Source: a virus
Strand: one strand, 5' to 3'
Length of the DNA: 42,842 bases
Virus genome (UHGV): UHGV-0138423
This document shows positions 1 through 9,134 of this stretch, in pieces; the stretch's first letter is position 1; each line of letters begins with the position of its first letter. The notes below the pieces were generated by a model. It was given only the letters and a program-made list of their open reading frames with translations, searched no databases and was not told where the DNA came from. The translations under genes were made by a program, and so were the position numbers.

Positions 1-49
1 TTTTATAGATGGTTTCTGGCGACCTGCACAGGAGTACGGTGATTTTTAA

Positions 50-706
50 TTATTGCAATTGCACAAGAGTCAGTTCTCCCCCAAAGACAGCACCGGTATC
101 AATATAATGCAGGTTGCCAATATCCACGCGATGGCGCAAAGGTGTATGACCAAACCAGAAATGATCAGCACCTGCAATTCCCTGCCCTTTTTGGCGTTCA
201 CCTAATCGCGAGCGGCTCCACAAGACCTGATGCAAATCGACGTCCTTTTGCCATTCATAGACATCATCTGGATAATCGGCATGAGCAATAACATGTTTGC
301 CGGTGCGACTGTGTAATTCAAGAATAAAGGGCAAATGCTGACATTTTTCCAGCGCCGTTTTCGCTTGTTTCTGTTGATTATCTGCCAGCGCAATAAACCA
401 GTCGCCGCCATTTATCAACCATAAAGACATCTGCCGGGATGCCAGCGCATCCATCGCCATCTGTTCATGATTGCCTCTTACCGCACGAACCCAATGTTGT
501 TCCAGTAACTGCAGGCAACGTAAACTTTGCGGCCCACGATCGATAACGTCTCCCACTGAGATAAGTAAATCTCGCCACGGATCAAAACGACAATGCCATA
601 ATTTGCGGCGCAACTGCTCAAGACAACCGTGTATATCGCCTGAAAGCCAGATATGTCGCCATTGATGACCCGCAATTCTCTGATAAACGGGCGCAGGCTG
701 TTTCAT
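50..706 (-). CDS. prpA: Serine/threonine protein phosphatase 1 (host chromosomal gene)
   Basis: Translation begins MKQPAPVYQRIAGHQWRHIWLSGDIHGCLEQ and carries metallophosphatase motifs (GDxxDRG, GNHE); matches E. coli PrpA as I recall it. ATG at 704-706 preferred over the TTG at 707-709 used by the ORF track. Confidence 0.85.
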   Translation of the reverse strand: MKQPAPVYQRIAGHQWRHIWLSGDIHGCLEQLRRKLWHCRFDPWRDLLISVGDVIDRGPQSLRCLQLLEQHWVRAVRGNHEQMAMDALASRQMSLWLINGGDWFIALADNQQKQAKTALEKCQHLPFILELHSRTGKHVIAHADYPDDVYEWQKDVDLHQVLWSRSRLGERQKGQGIAGADHFWFGHTPLRHRVDIGNLHYIDTGAVFGGELTLVQLQ

Positions 707-840
707 CAATATTTTCCTCCCGCGCTAAAGATCACATAATCTTAACAAGAATGTTAAAAAACGCTGGACTCAGACAGTAGAGTGTGTGTTATGGTTGACT
801 ATAAAGTCAGCGAAGGGAATGCTTCTGGCTTTTAACAGAT

Positions 841-866
841 AAAAAGAGACCGAACACGATTCCTGT
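841..866 (-). ncRNA. sdsR: Probable 3'-terminal remnant (terminator arm plus U-run) of the host sRNA SdsR/RyeB; marks the host side of the prophage junction
   Basis: Minus-strand reading ...CAGGAAUCGUGUUCGGUCUCUUUUU closely matches the 3' end of E. coli SdsR as I remember it (...ACAGGAAUCGUAUUCGGUCUCUUUUU). Sequence further 5' (plus 867 onward) shows no resemblance to SdsR. prpA is the known chromosomal neighbour of sdsR/ryeA. Confidence 0.4.
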
Positions 867-1523
867 TTTCGTCAACAAACAACAAAATCTTTTAGAATTA
901 ATGTGTTAAATAAATTTATGCTCATCTTTTAATCCCTAACACATACCATTACATATTAATACATTCAATTAGTTACCATTTTTTTCGAGTTTTTTAGAGA
1001 AATTTTCGGGAATATTTCAGATCAATCCATGCATACACAAGCAATTCCTGTATTGAATAATTCCGTAGCAATTATGTAAAATCACCTCCGGCTGATTTTC
1101 ATTCAAACTCGCGCTATCGAACGTCCATCAGCCAGCCGTGGCACGTTCTTGCATACGACGTGCTACGGTTTCATTTATCTCCGACTGGAAACTTCTTATA
1201 CAAAGTCGATACGCCAACATCATAGATGATCGCCTACTGGTGGAACTTATATATAAAGCAATAATGACCAAACTTTACAGGCGGAGAAGAGCCGCTTCTT
1301 TAAACTTTCCTCAATAACAGCATTACTTGTATAATGCATCAGTTCACAATAGAAAAATGCATACTGCTATGTTGCCCGGATCATCACGGGCATTTTTTAT
1401 CCACCCTACCACGACATATTCATACGCTGCCACACAGAACATTTCAATCCACCAGTATGTTTCCGGTGTTTCACTCTCAGCAACAAACAACAGGAGAACG
1501 CATAATCGCAGCATAAAATGCAT

Positions 1524-1554
1524 GATGTAAGGAGCTTATATCGCTCCTTACATT
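1524..1554 (-). terminator. Hairpin immediately downstream of the tail fiber gene (possible bidirectional terminator)
   Basis: Inverted repeat GTAAGGAGC-(7 nt)-GCTCCTTAC, extendable to 11-12 bp, flanked by A/T-rich sequence on both sides. Confidence 0.5.
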
Positions 1555-1562
1555 AATATTAT

Positions 1563-3986
1563 TCACTGGCCAGACAGCGATGCCAGCATGAAATAATGCA
1601 GCTCATCATTCCTTACAGACATTATTTCACCAGCCTCCCTGACCAGCTTGCGCTCTCCGGTATCGTATTCTTCCATTGTAAGGAGTCCGTCAGGACCAAG
1701 CTCCATACGAGTCCCGTAAACCACTTCATATTCTGCCGGATATTCATCACGACACAAAATACCGTAATCAAAAGCGTCCAGCCCTTCCTCAGAGAAGACC
1801 TTCTGTACGTCCTGAGCAATCACTCCTACATGCCATCTGGCTGCGTTCCCTTTGCTGGACACTGCATCCCTGAAACGGAACCGACAGATATACCCGAGCA
1901 GCTTTCTGGCAACCCTTTTTTCTGCATCCGACAGAATTGTTTCGTCCTGTTTATGAGTCCGGTCTGATGTACTGATACTTCCCGTAGCTGAATAAACCTG
2001 TGCGGGTCGCCATGAGGCATAACCGATCGAATACGTATTATCTGTATAAGGGCGGAGATTTCCTGATGAATCTATGCGCCATCTCTTTTCTCCTCCTGTG
2101 GCATTTGCATCCTGATTCGTTGCAAAATCAATCACTGTCGCTGACCTGAACACAGATGAACCACCGCCAATTACCAGCGTGTTATTCCCCTCTGATGCCT
2201 GTTGGTCAACTACCAGTATTTTATCCTGATTTTTACCTGAACCACTTTTCGAGGCAGCGATAATACGATTAAACTGATCCTCACCATCGCTCTTTTGTGC
2301 GATGGTGATAACATTGGACCAGATTGCCTCTCTTTGTCGCTGAAAACCATATTCTCCGCTGTCTGTAGTGACAGCTTTATATTTTATTCCACCTTCAGCT
2401 GACTCCTGCGTTATATAGAATGTCTGGTTATTAGCATTCTTGATGAACACATAATTGTCAGCAGGAATGTCATTTCCACTCAGATCTTTAATCGGTGTCG
2501 TGGTTGTATGCAGACAAAACCATTTCTGACTCACAGAACGCATATATGCCAGAATTTCAGACAGGGATGTGAATACCGTCCCCAACACCGGGTTTACCAA
2601 CCCCTGGGCACTACGGGGAAATGTTCCAATACTGGCATGAGACACATCAAACCCCGTGTACAACCAGGCTGCCTGACGAAAATCAATAGCATCTCTGCCA
2701 GTACTGAACTCTTTCATCAGAACAATTCCTTTCTGATAAGCCTGTGGTAACCCACGCTCCAGAAAGATATAAAGCGAATATATACTGCCGCCGTCGTCAG
2801 AAATACAAATTCCTTCGTTCTCAATGCGCGAAGGTGTAAAACCCTGCCTGGTAAGCACATCTATCATTTTTTGGGGATGAAGAATGGATTCCTGCTGCTT
2901 TACTCCATCCGGAGAAAAGACCTTAACCCCCTGAAACTGGTTAAATCCGGCTGATGCCCCGGTATTAAAATAGCCACCATAAGAACAGGCAATATAATCG
3001 TCTCCCACAGCAATTCCCTGACGTTTTGTGAAGCGTCTTGCATAGCTGTCTGTGCTTTCCGTGATATATCCGGAATCATGCAACGGTAATGTGAATGTCC
3101 CTGTCCGACGAAACTGAAAATCATACACCGCAAATACTGTGCGGGTGATCAGGCCTCCCACTTCCGGCGCTGACTGTTCAACCACCCAGCGGTTTTTACG
3201 ATAGCTGAACTGGTTGTAAACACCGACATCATGTTCATCAATTAACGGCAATACTGAACCAGAAATTGCCCCATCAAGCGAAAACTGTTTCAGTAATCCA
3301 TTTTCTCCTGACATGAACAAACGTAATCCACCGTAATCCGTTGTCACCACAAGGCCTTCGCTGACAACGCCACGACCTCCATTATCGACATAATAATATC
3401 CCTCATATTCGCCGGATGTTGTGTACTGAACTATAACGTTCCGTGTCTGCTTTGGCTCAACGGTATAACTCAGATAGATTTTTTCTCCTGTCACCACAAA
3501 TCCCTGTGGATACATATATTCCGCACCAGACTGAGCAGCCAGCACCGTATCGTAGTCCGGGAATAATAACGGCAATTCCATTAAGACACTACGGGAATGG
3601 TTAGTGTACAGATTGTTCAATGAACCAGCTTTTACATCCTGTAACCCCAGATTTTCAAGAGCGCGTTCTACCGTGCCATCCGATTTGATATCGCCAAACG
3701 GATTCTTGCGGCTCAGGTATTCAACAGCAAACCCCGATCCCAGCAATTCAACAAAACCGGGCAGATCACCATTATCAAGCACATCCCGTTGCGTTTTATC
3801 ACTTACAAACTGGGCCAGAGCTGCAGCAATAAAGCTGGCCTGCCGAATAACCTTATTGACTTGCGCACTGGATGCTTTACCTGCTGTAAATCCGGATAAA
3901 AGCGCAGGCAACGCTTCCCATTCCTCCTGCGACATAACATTGGCATTTTTACCCGTTGCGAATGCTTTAAAGTCATTTTTTGCCAT
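1563..3986 (-). CDS. Tail fiber / tailspike protein with C-terminal intramolecular chaperone (peptidase S74-like) domain
   Basis: 807 codons from the ATG at 3984-3986 (MAKNDFKAF...), overlapping the upstream stop as TGATG. C-terminal ~110 aa (..RVARKLLGYICRFRFRD...HVGVIAQDVQKVFSEEGLDAFDYGIL...) resembles the self-cleaving chaperone domain of endosialidase-type tail fibers. Last gene of the tail operon. Confidence 0.75.
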   Translation of the reverse strand: MAKNDFKAFATGKNANVMSQEEWEALPALLSGFTAGKASSAQVNKVIRQASFIAAALAQFVSDKTQRDVLDNGDLPGFVELLGSGFAVEYLSRKNPFGDIKSDGTVERALENLGLQDVKAGSLNNLYTNHSRSVLMELPLLFPDYDTVLAAQSGAEYMYPQGFVVTGEKIYLSYTVEPKQTRNVIVQYTTSGEYEGYYYVDNGGRGVVSEGLVVTTDYGGLRLFMSGENGLLKQFSLDGAISGSVLPLIDEHDVGVYNQFSYRKNRWVVEQSAPEVGGLITRTVFAVYDFQFRRTGTFTLPLHDSGYITESTDSYARRFTKRQGIAVGDDYIACSYGGYFNTGASAGFNQFQGVKVFSPDGVKQQESILHPQKMIDVLTRQGFTPSRIENEGICISDDGGSIYSLYIFLERGLPQAYQKGIVLMKEFSTGRDAIDFRQAAWLYTGFDVSHASIGTFPRSAQGLVNPVLGTVFTSLSEILAYMRSVSQKWFCLHTTTTPIKDLSGNDIPADNYVFIKNANNQTFYITQESAEGGIKYKAVTTDSGEYGFQRQREAIWSNVITIAQKSDGEDQFNRIIAASKSGSGKNQDKILVVDQQASEGNNTLVIGGGSSVFRSATVIDFATNQDANATGGEKRWRIDSSGNLRPYTDNTYSIGYASWRPAQVYSATGSISTSDRTHKQDETILSDAEKRVARKLLGYICRFRFRDAVSSKGNAARWHVGVIAQDVQKVFSEEGLDAFDYGILCRDEYPAEYEVVYGTRMELGPDGLLTMEEYDTGERKLVREAGEIMSVRNDELHYFMLASLSGQ

Positions 3987-4666
3987 CAGAGTAATACTCC
4001 CCATGCCCCTACATCAAAACCACTGATAAATTCGTTATCCATATCAAAACCAAAAAATTTTGAACCTTCCGATGGGGTTTCCACCGAAGGTGTTTCTATG
4101 CCACCCGCCCACACCCCGGCGGCTTTTACTGTGAGATATCCCTGTTTAATTACAGCAATTAACTCACGCGATACATCTGAAATATCAGTATCAGGAAAGA
4201 CCCAGACCGATATCGTCATGTCCTGGTTATCGACAATCTGCATTCGCAGCCCGGATCCTGCTGTCGCCGTGTCAAGAATTGCCGGAAGCGAATCATTCCG
4301 TCCGTCCCAGTTATTAATCGCAATCTTCGCTTTAAGGATGACACGATAAGTTTCATCGCTGAGGTACATGTATCCGGAATCAGGATCATATGGCCCCTGC
4401 CATACCCCCTGATCATATCCAAGCCCGTCGGTATCCCAGCTGAAATAGACACCTGAGATAGACTGGCTGACAACACGGCTACGTCCGATCCACAATCCCA
4501 GAATGTCAAGTTGCACACCAACCGCAGAGTCAATATCAAATGCAGTAATCAGCCCTCTGGTGGCAGCCGCAACATCAATAAGCGGCCGGGTCATCAGATC
4601 AACATGCGCAAGAAATTTAGGTTTGGTGGCGTGGTAGTTCGTGATTAGTTCGGTGTATTTGCTCAT
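3986..4666 (-). CDS. Baseplate/tail protein (gpI-like position, between baseplate J and tail fiber)
   Basis: 226-codon ORF, translationally coupled to the J-like gene; position equals P2 gpI / Mu gp48. Family assignment from synteny only. Confidence 0.5.
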   Translation of the reverse strand: MSKYTELITNYHATKPKFLAHVDLMTRPLIDVAAATRGLITAFDIDSAVGVQLDILGLWIGRSRVVSQSISGVYFSWDTDGLGYDQGVWQGPYDPDSGYMYLSDETYRVILKAKIAINNWDGRNDSLPAILDTATAGSGLRMQIVDNQDMTISVWVFPDTDISDVSRELIAVIKQGYLTVKAAGVWAGGIETPSVETPSEGSKFFGFDMDNEFISGFDVGAWGVLL

Positions 4667-5862
4667 GACTCCACCGTTATAACGATATTTTCCGGGGTAC
4701 AGGACGCAGATTCGTTATATCTGATATCAATGTTTGATGACGACAAAGCCCCCGGGGATTTCCCAATCGTCAGTTCCTGAATATCGTAATAGCGAGCATT
4801 CCCGCCACTCACCACGCCAAGATTCGCCGGTGAGTAAATGCGACTTAAAAGGACCGAATCACCAATCGTCAGACTATTGATATAGTCGGAAATAGCCTGC
4901 TGGATCTGCTGCCCTATCTGTGAGGTATAACCCGTAAAAACTTTTAATTTAATCCGGGCATAAACAGGCACATCACTGGAACGCGAGAATTTGATTACAT
5001 GGGGATTGCCGTATTTATCCGGAACCGTAACGGATGTTGTACCGTGAGTGGCTGTCCCCTGGCCTTTATTCCCTCTGATAGCCTGAGCAATATCCGTCAC
5101 ATCACCGCCATCCACAATTACAGCAACAGAGTGTGGCGGTAACCCGTTACCGTCCTCCGAACCAGTATCGTTTTCATAGAGTTTGTGGCGGGTTACACCG
5201 GTAACATTAGAAACAGCACCATCCAGTGCTTCAAATGGGGTTATTGATGGCAACGCAACACTTTGCGACTGGCGGATACGTAACTCCGCGTCAGTTTCTG
5301 CCGGAGTGCCCACGGTAGCCGCAGCAGGATTAGTTACCGAAACCCAGCCACGGGTTGGCGTATTTATTTCAGTGATAGTTCCAGCCAGCGCCGCCACTGC
5401 ACCACTGACGGAACATGTTGCAGTCACCATCACTGTACCATCCACGCCGACCACCACTGAAGCAGGCAAACGCCATATCACATTATTACTGTCTTTCACG
5501 CTGCCATTAATGATGGTTGTTCCGGCAGTTCCTGTAAGAAGCAAATCAACCGTAGAATTCGTCGCGCCTTTACGTGAAATACCATTTATTTTCACGTTAC
5601 TGGTCAGTGCAGCCCCATAGCCGGTTGCCGGTGAAAAACAGTTGTAGACAGTTATCGCCGTATTATTGGCATCATGAATCGCCAGCGCCATCAGAGCCAC
5701 CATCTGGCCGTCTTTGCTGTCCGGTTCGAGGTAGGCATCACTGCCATAAATCTGCTGAAAATAGCTAATCAGGGTGCTGAGTATCGTCTGATAATCAGGC
5801 GCACTGATCCCCTCCGCGGTTACCTTTGCAGATAAACCGAGAGAATCAAGGTTCAGAGCCAT
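4663..5862 (-). CDS. Baseplate J-like protein
   Basis: 399 aa; size, position after the W-like gene and overall character fit the baseplate J (gp47/gp6-like) family. Confidence 0.7.
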   Translation of the reverse strand: MALNLDSLGLSAKVTAEGISAPDYQTILSTLISYFQQIYGSDAYLEPDSKDGQMVALMALAIHDANNTAITVYNCFSPATGYGAALTSNVKINGISRKGATNSTVDLLLTGTAGTTIINGSVKDSNNVIWRLPASVVVGVDGTVMVTATCSVSGAVAALAGTITEINTPTRGWVSVTNPAAATVGTPAETDAELRIRQSQSVALPSITPFEALDGAVSNVTGVTRHKLYENDTGSEDGNGLPPHSVAVIVDGGDVTDIAQAIRGNKGQGTATHGTTSVTVPDKYGNPHVIKFSRSSDVPVYARIKLKVFTGYTSQIGQQIQQAISDYINSLTIGDSVLLSRIYSPANLGVVSGGNARYYDIQELTIGKSPGALSSSNIDIRYNESASCTPENIVITVES

Positions 5863-6215
5863 TACGCCTCCGATGTAACAGTCGTTATTCCATAAAGAGT
5901 GTCGATTTCAGCGGAAAACATGACACGTCGGGTCGTGGTATCCACCGTCGTATTGAAAGAGAGGATTGATTTAACGCCCCGCGTTTCGAGGATGCGCTTA
6001 CGGATCGCCAGGTTGTAGGTTTCCGGCTTCTGCTTACCGAGCACAGACTGGATCCACGGAGTCCCTTCGGTGGTGTCGAGAAACCATTGCCCATACCACA
6101 ATTCGAATCGCGTTTTTACCGCCTGCGCCACGGCCTCCGGTGAGTTAATCAGCCAGGTGTCATCACCGCTGCCAAAGGTGTAATCTCCATCGGCGTCTTC
6201 ACGTCTGTATCGCAT
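5862..6215 (-). CDS. Baseplate wedge protein W (gp25-like)
   Basis: 117 aa ORF between the V-like and J-like genes; N-terminal region typical of the GPW/gp25 family. Confidence 0.65.
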   Translation of the reverse strand: MRYRREDADGDYTFGSGDDTWLINSPEAVAQAVKTRFELWYGQWFLDTTEGTPWIQSVLGKQKPETYNLAIRKRILETRGVKSILSFNTTVDTTTRRVMFSAEIDTLYGITTVTSEA

Positions 6216-6967
6216 CAGTTTACTCCGTCGGTATTGCTTCCACCACGCTGAACACCACCATGAGTGTGCGTATCATCGATTGGCTTGCCGTTAGCCTTCA
6301 CGCTACCCAAAAACTCAACAGCACCAGTGATTTTTGAAGCCACACCAGAAACAACAGATCCCACCATGCCACCCATCCAGGTTAACAGGCCATGAATGGT
6401 TACTTTCTCAGAAAAATCAGCCAGAGGGGCAACCACATCAAGACCACCCGGAGCGACAATTTTAATTTTCCGGGTATCAGGATTAAGCTCAAAATAGGTG
6501 CTGCCGTCGTCACTACGCAACTGTGTGGCACTGGTATTAATACCGCTAATCTTCCTTGCCTGCGACTGGGGACCGACAATACAAAAAGCATCCGATAAAT
6601 CATGCATTCTGTCATCGACCGGCTCCTGTATCCCGCCACTCTGCCACCAGAAATCAATACAACGATCGGCAAAAATCACCAAACATTCATCACCGGCTTT
6701 AACTGGGAACGTTAGCGTGCATCCTCCGCCGCGCGGGAATACCACTGGCACATCCACCAGCAATGGGTAATTTTGGGTAATGCGGTTGCCGTCATTATCC
6801 TTTTCAACCGAACGGATAGCAGGCTGCACAACTGCCGTCACCGCATCTGGATCGAATGACTGAATAATGCCAGGCAAGGCGACACGGATCTGGTTCTTTG
6901 TTGTTTCCCGTTCAGATTTGAATGTTTCGGCAAGGTCGCCGCTGCGGGTCTGGTCAGATACTGCCAT
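6215..6967 (-). CDS. Baseplate central spike / assembly protein V-like
   Basis: 250 aa with an N-terminal OB-like region and a Gly/His-rich C-terminal tip (..DDTHTHGGVQRGGSNTDG..); position upstream of W and J as in Mu gp45 / P2 gpV. Confidence 0.65.
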   Translation of the reverse strand: MAVSDQTRSGDLAETFKSERETTKNQIRVALPGIIQSFDPDAVTAVVQPAIRSVEKDNDGNRITQNYPLLVDVPVVFPRGGGCTLTFPVKAGDECLVIFADRCIDFWWQSGGIQEPVDDRMHDLSDAFCIVGPQSQARKISGINTSATQLRSDDGSTYFELNPDTRKIKIVAPGGLDVVAPLADFSEKVTIHGLLTWMGGMVGSVVSGVASKITGAVEFLGSVKANGKPIDDTHTHGGVQRGGSNTDGVN

Positions 6968-6985
6968 TTAGTAGGCTCCAGAAAG

Positions 6986-7010
6986 CAAAAAACCCGCCGG
7001 GTGGCGGGTT
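6986..7010 (-). terminator. Rho-independent terminator after the secreted-protein genes
   Basis: Minus-strand RNA AACCCGCC-ACCC-GGCGGGUU followed by UUUUUUG; lies between the stop at 7034 and the V-like start at 6967. Confidence 0.6.
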
Positions 7011-7033
7011 AAATGGTGTCTGCGATAAGGTTC

Positions 7034-7399
7034 CTACATTTTCGTGCAGGTCTTATAGATGGCATCACCACGGGGGCGATCATCTGCGTCTAAAATCTGA
7101 ACTATTTGTTTAATAGTTTTTGAATCGTTAGGGAAAACAGTTGTGTAGTGGTTATGCATCCCACCATTCGCCCCCCATACATCAAATGTGATGACCACCG
7201 AATCCCCCAAGTCACCGTACGGATACTGGTCAGTGGCTGAATTTTCTGTTAGCTGATCGTTCATTATGACTGCCTGTTTACTCATTGAGGCATTCACATA
7301 CATTACAAATTTATCGTCACCGCACTTAAAGCGCAAAACAGGCGCTGCAAGCACGCTATACGACATAAAAACAAGAGATAAGAGAGCTAAGCGCTTCAT
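7034..7399 (-). CDS. Small secreted protein (moron), function unknown
   Basis: 121 aa; N-terminus MKRLALLSLVFMSYSVLA is a typical Sec signal peptide; mature part has Cys near both ends; AT-richer than the flanking tail genes; followed by its own terminator. Confidence 0.6.
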   Translation of the reverse strand: MKRLALLSLVFMSYSVLAAPVLRFKCGDDKFVMYVNASMSKQAVIMNDQLTENSATDQYPYGDLGDSVVITFDVWGANGGMHNHYTTVFPNDSKTIKQIVQILDADDRPRGDAIYKTCTKM

Positions 7400-7411
7400 T
7401 AATCCCCCCTG

Positions 7412-7756
7412 TTAATTAACTTTTTTGCATGGGAAAGACCCGATGATTCTAGGCGCGTCCATGCTGTTCTGCAGAAGCTGGACGTTCAGGAAACGCGTTT
7501 CGGTGCCCGGTCGATGGATATACTCGAACCCATAATTGTGGCCATCTTTGGCAGGCATCAGCCCCATTTTGATCTGCATGCCTGTACCGTCTTTACCCAA
7601 CATTTTTACTTTTTGGGACGTTACTGTTTCGCCATTGATTTTAAATAATGAGTCAGGGATCGCATCCATACGAAAGTTGCCGCATTGCATCGTTATGGTG
7701 TTTGCACTTACACCAACAGACACTAACGCCAGCAATGAAAATATCCATCGTTTCAT
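7412..7756 (-). CDS. Small secreted protein (moron), function unknown
   Basis: Start taken at the internal ATG (MKRWIFSLLALVSVGVSA signal peptide) preceded by GAGAGGA; the ORF-track start is an upstream GTG. Mature protein has N- and C-proximal Cys like its neighbour. Confidence 0.55.
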   Translation of the reverse strand: MKRWIFSLLALVSVGVSANTITMQCGNFRMDAIPDSLFKINGETVTSQKVKMLGKDGTGMQIKMGLMPAKDGHNYGFEYIHRPGTETRFLNVQLLQNSMDAPRIIGSFPCKKVN

Positions 7757-7758
7757 TT

Positions 7759-8829
7759 CTATAATCCTCTCTGCAAAGCAGTGCTGGATGGCATATCCTG
7801 CGCACCGCGCGCTTCGCACATCATATCCATGTACCAGGCCTGGCCCCTTGTGTCGCCAGTGTACATAATCCCGCGCACAATATAAACGCCATCAGTTGCG
7901 ATGCTGGCCGTCATTTGTTTGGACACGGGCAGGGTAACGTTAGAGTTGCCATCTATTGTTTCGTCAAAGTAACGTCCCGCTGCTTTAGCAATATCGTCAT
8001 TCGGTAAAGCTGTTTTATAGATAGAAGCCTGATCCAGTTGAATTAGCCCGTTAACCCGGATGTTCGGATTAATAAGCGCGCGGACGTTTACGCCGTTACC
8101 GATAGTCTGCTGCGGCATGCCAATAAGCCCGGTAGCGCTGTTGAGCACAATCGCTTCATGAACATATTCGTTATTCGCCACCATCTGGCGCTGACCGTCC
8201 ACGAATTGCCATGTTGCGCCACATTGCCCGGCTACGTTATCCATTAGATGCCGCGTCATGCCAAAGAGTACCCGCCCCCGGGGGAATACAGTAGCAGGCA
8301 TTTCAGGCGTCAGGCCTTCGGTCGCGCCTTTGGCTTCGAAGTCTTTCATCAGCGCACGGTTTACATCAGCGACCGTGTAACCGGCAGCCAGCGTCTGTGA
8401 GGTTATACTGGTGGCAAAAGCCAGATCAGTATCTGCTGCCTGAATCAGGACGTAGGAATCAACCGGACTGTCTTTTCCTGTGACCGAGTAGCGAATTTCA
8501 CCGCTGAAAATCAGTCCGTAGTTGCGGCCATCACTCTGACCCACGTCCGCCGCGTCAACTTCCCGCACGGTCCCGACGTCGCTTGCCGACACCTCCGGCG
8601 CGATACCGTCGTAACCGGCAATCAGACGCACTTTCGAAAACTCCTGCCCGGTGATTCGGTTCACAGTATCTGCCGAGAGGTTATAAATTTTGATAGTCCC
8701 TACCCGGGACGCGCTGCTGATGTTGAACCAGTCGATCGTAAAGGTGACTTTAAAATCACTTAGCTCAATTCCCTGACCGTTCCCGTCCACAAGCTGCAGC
8801 TCGAAATGTCTCATCCAGTTCTGTGACAT
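7759..8829 (-). CDS. Baseplate hub-like tail protein
   Basis: 356 aa ORF between the small tail proteins and the spike gene; assignment by position in a contractile-tail baseplate cluster. Confidence 0.45.
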   Translation of the reverse strand: MSQNWMRHFELQLVDGNGQGIELSDFKVTFTIDWFNISSASRVGTIKIYNLSADTVNRITGQEFSKVRLIAGYDGIAPEVSASDVGTVREVDAADVGQSDGRNYGLIFSGEIRYSVTGKDSPVDSYVLIQAADTDLAFATSITSQTLAAGYTVADVNRALMKDFEAKGATEGLTPEMPATVFPRGRVLFGMTRHLMDNVAGQCGATWQFVDGQRQMVANNEYVHEAIVLNSATGLIGMPQQTIGNGVNVRALINPNIRVNGLIQLDQASIYKTALPNDDIAKAAGRYFDETIDGNSNVTLPVSKQMTASIATDGVYIVRGIMYTGDTRGQAWYMDMMCEARGAQDMPSSTALQRGL

Positions 8830-8831
8830 GC

Positions 8832-9134
8832 TTACTCCGTTGATACCAGTAAATGGCTGCGACCGCCCAGGTCAGTTTTTGTGGGGTAATCCTGTGTGTT
8901 GTCATCACAGACCACCACCAGCTTAAAACCAAGCCCCATACAGGCGTACTGCGCCAGCAGGTCAGCACCAGTGACGAGAGGAATACCGGAGATTACCGGC
9001 TCCCCTCTGTCGTTCTGCAGGTCCATAATCCAGTATAGATCGCGCCATATGATGCTAATCCGCCAGGTGACACCACCCAGGACGATGCTGAACTGCTGGT
9101 TGTCCGCTGTCAGCGGAATTTCCTGAATTGTCAT
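8832..9134 (-). CDS. Small tail/baseplate protein
   Basis: 100 aa ORF tightly packed within the tail operon; no family recognised. Confidence 0.4.
   Translation of the reverse strand: MTIQEIPLTADNQQFSIVLGGVTWRISIIWRDLYWIMDLQNDRGEPVISGIPLVTGADLLAQYACMGLGFKLVVVCDDNTQDYPTKTDLGGRSHLLVSTE

Noticed and set aside
50-706. Phage-encoded serine/threonine phosphatase (lambda NinI-like) rather than host prpA
   Set aside because: The gene lies outside the prophage, beyond the tail fiber and the SdsR remnant, and its sequence matches chromosomal PrpA as I recall it rather than a nin-region phosphatase.
1327-1530. Two overlapping short plus-strand ORFs (67 and 60 codons)
   Set aside because: No RBS, atypical composition, in an AT-rich non-coding end region; one ends inside the terminator hairpin.
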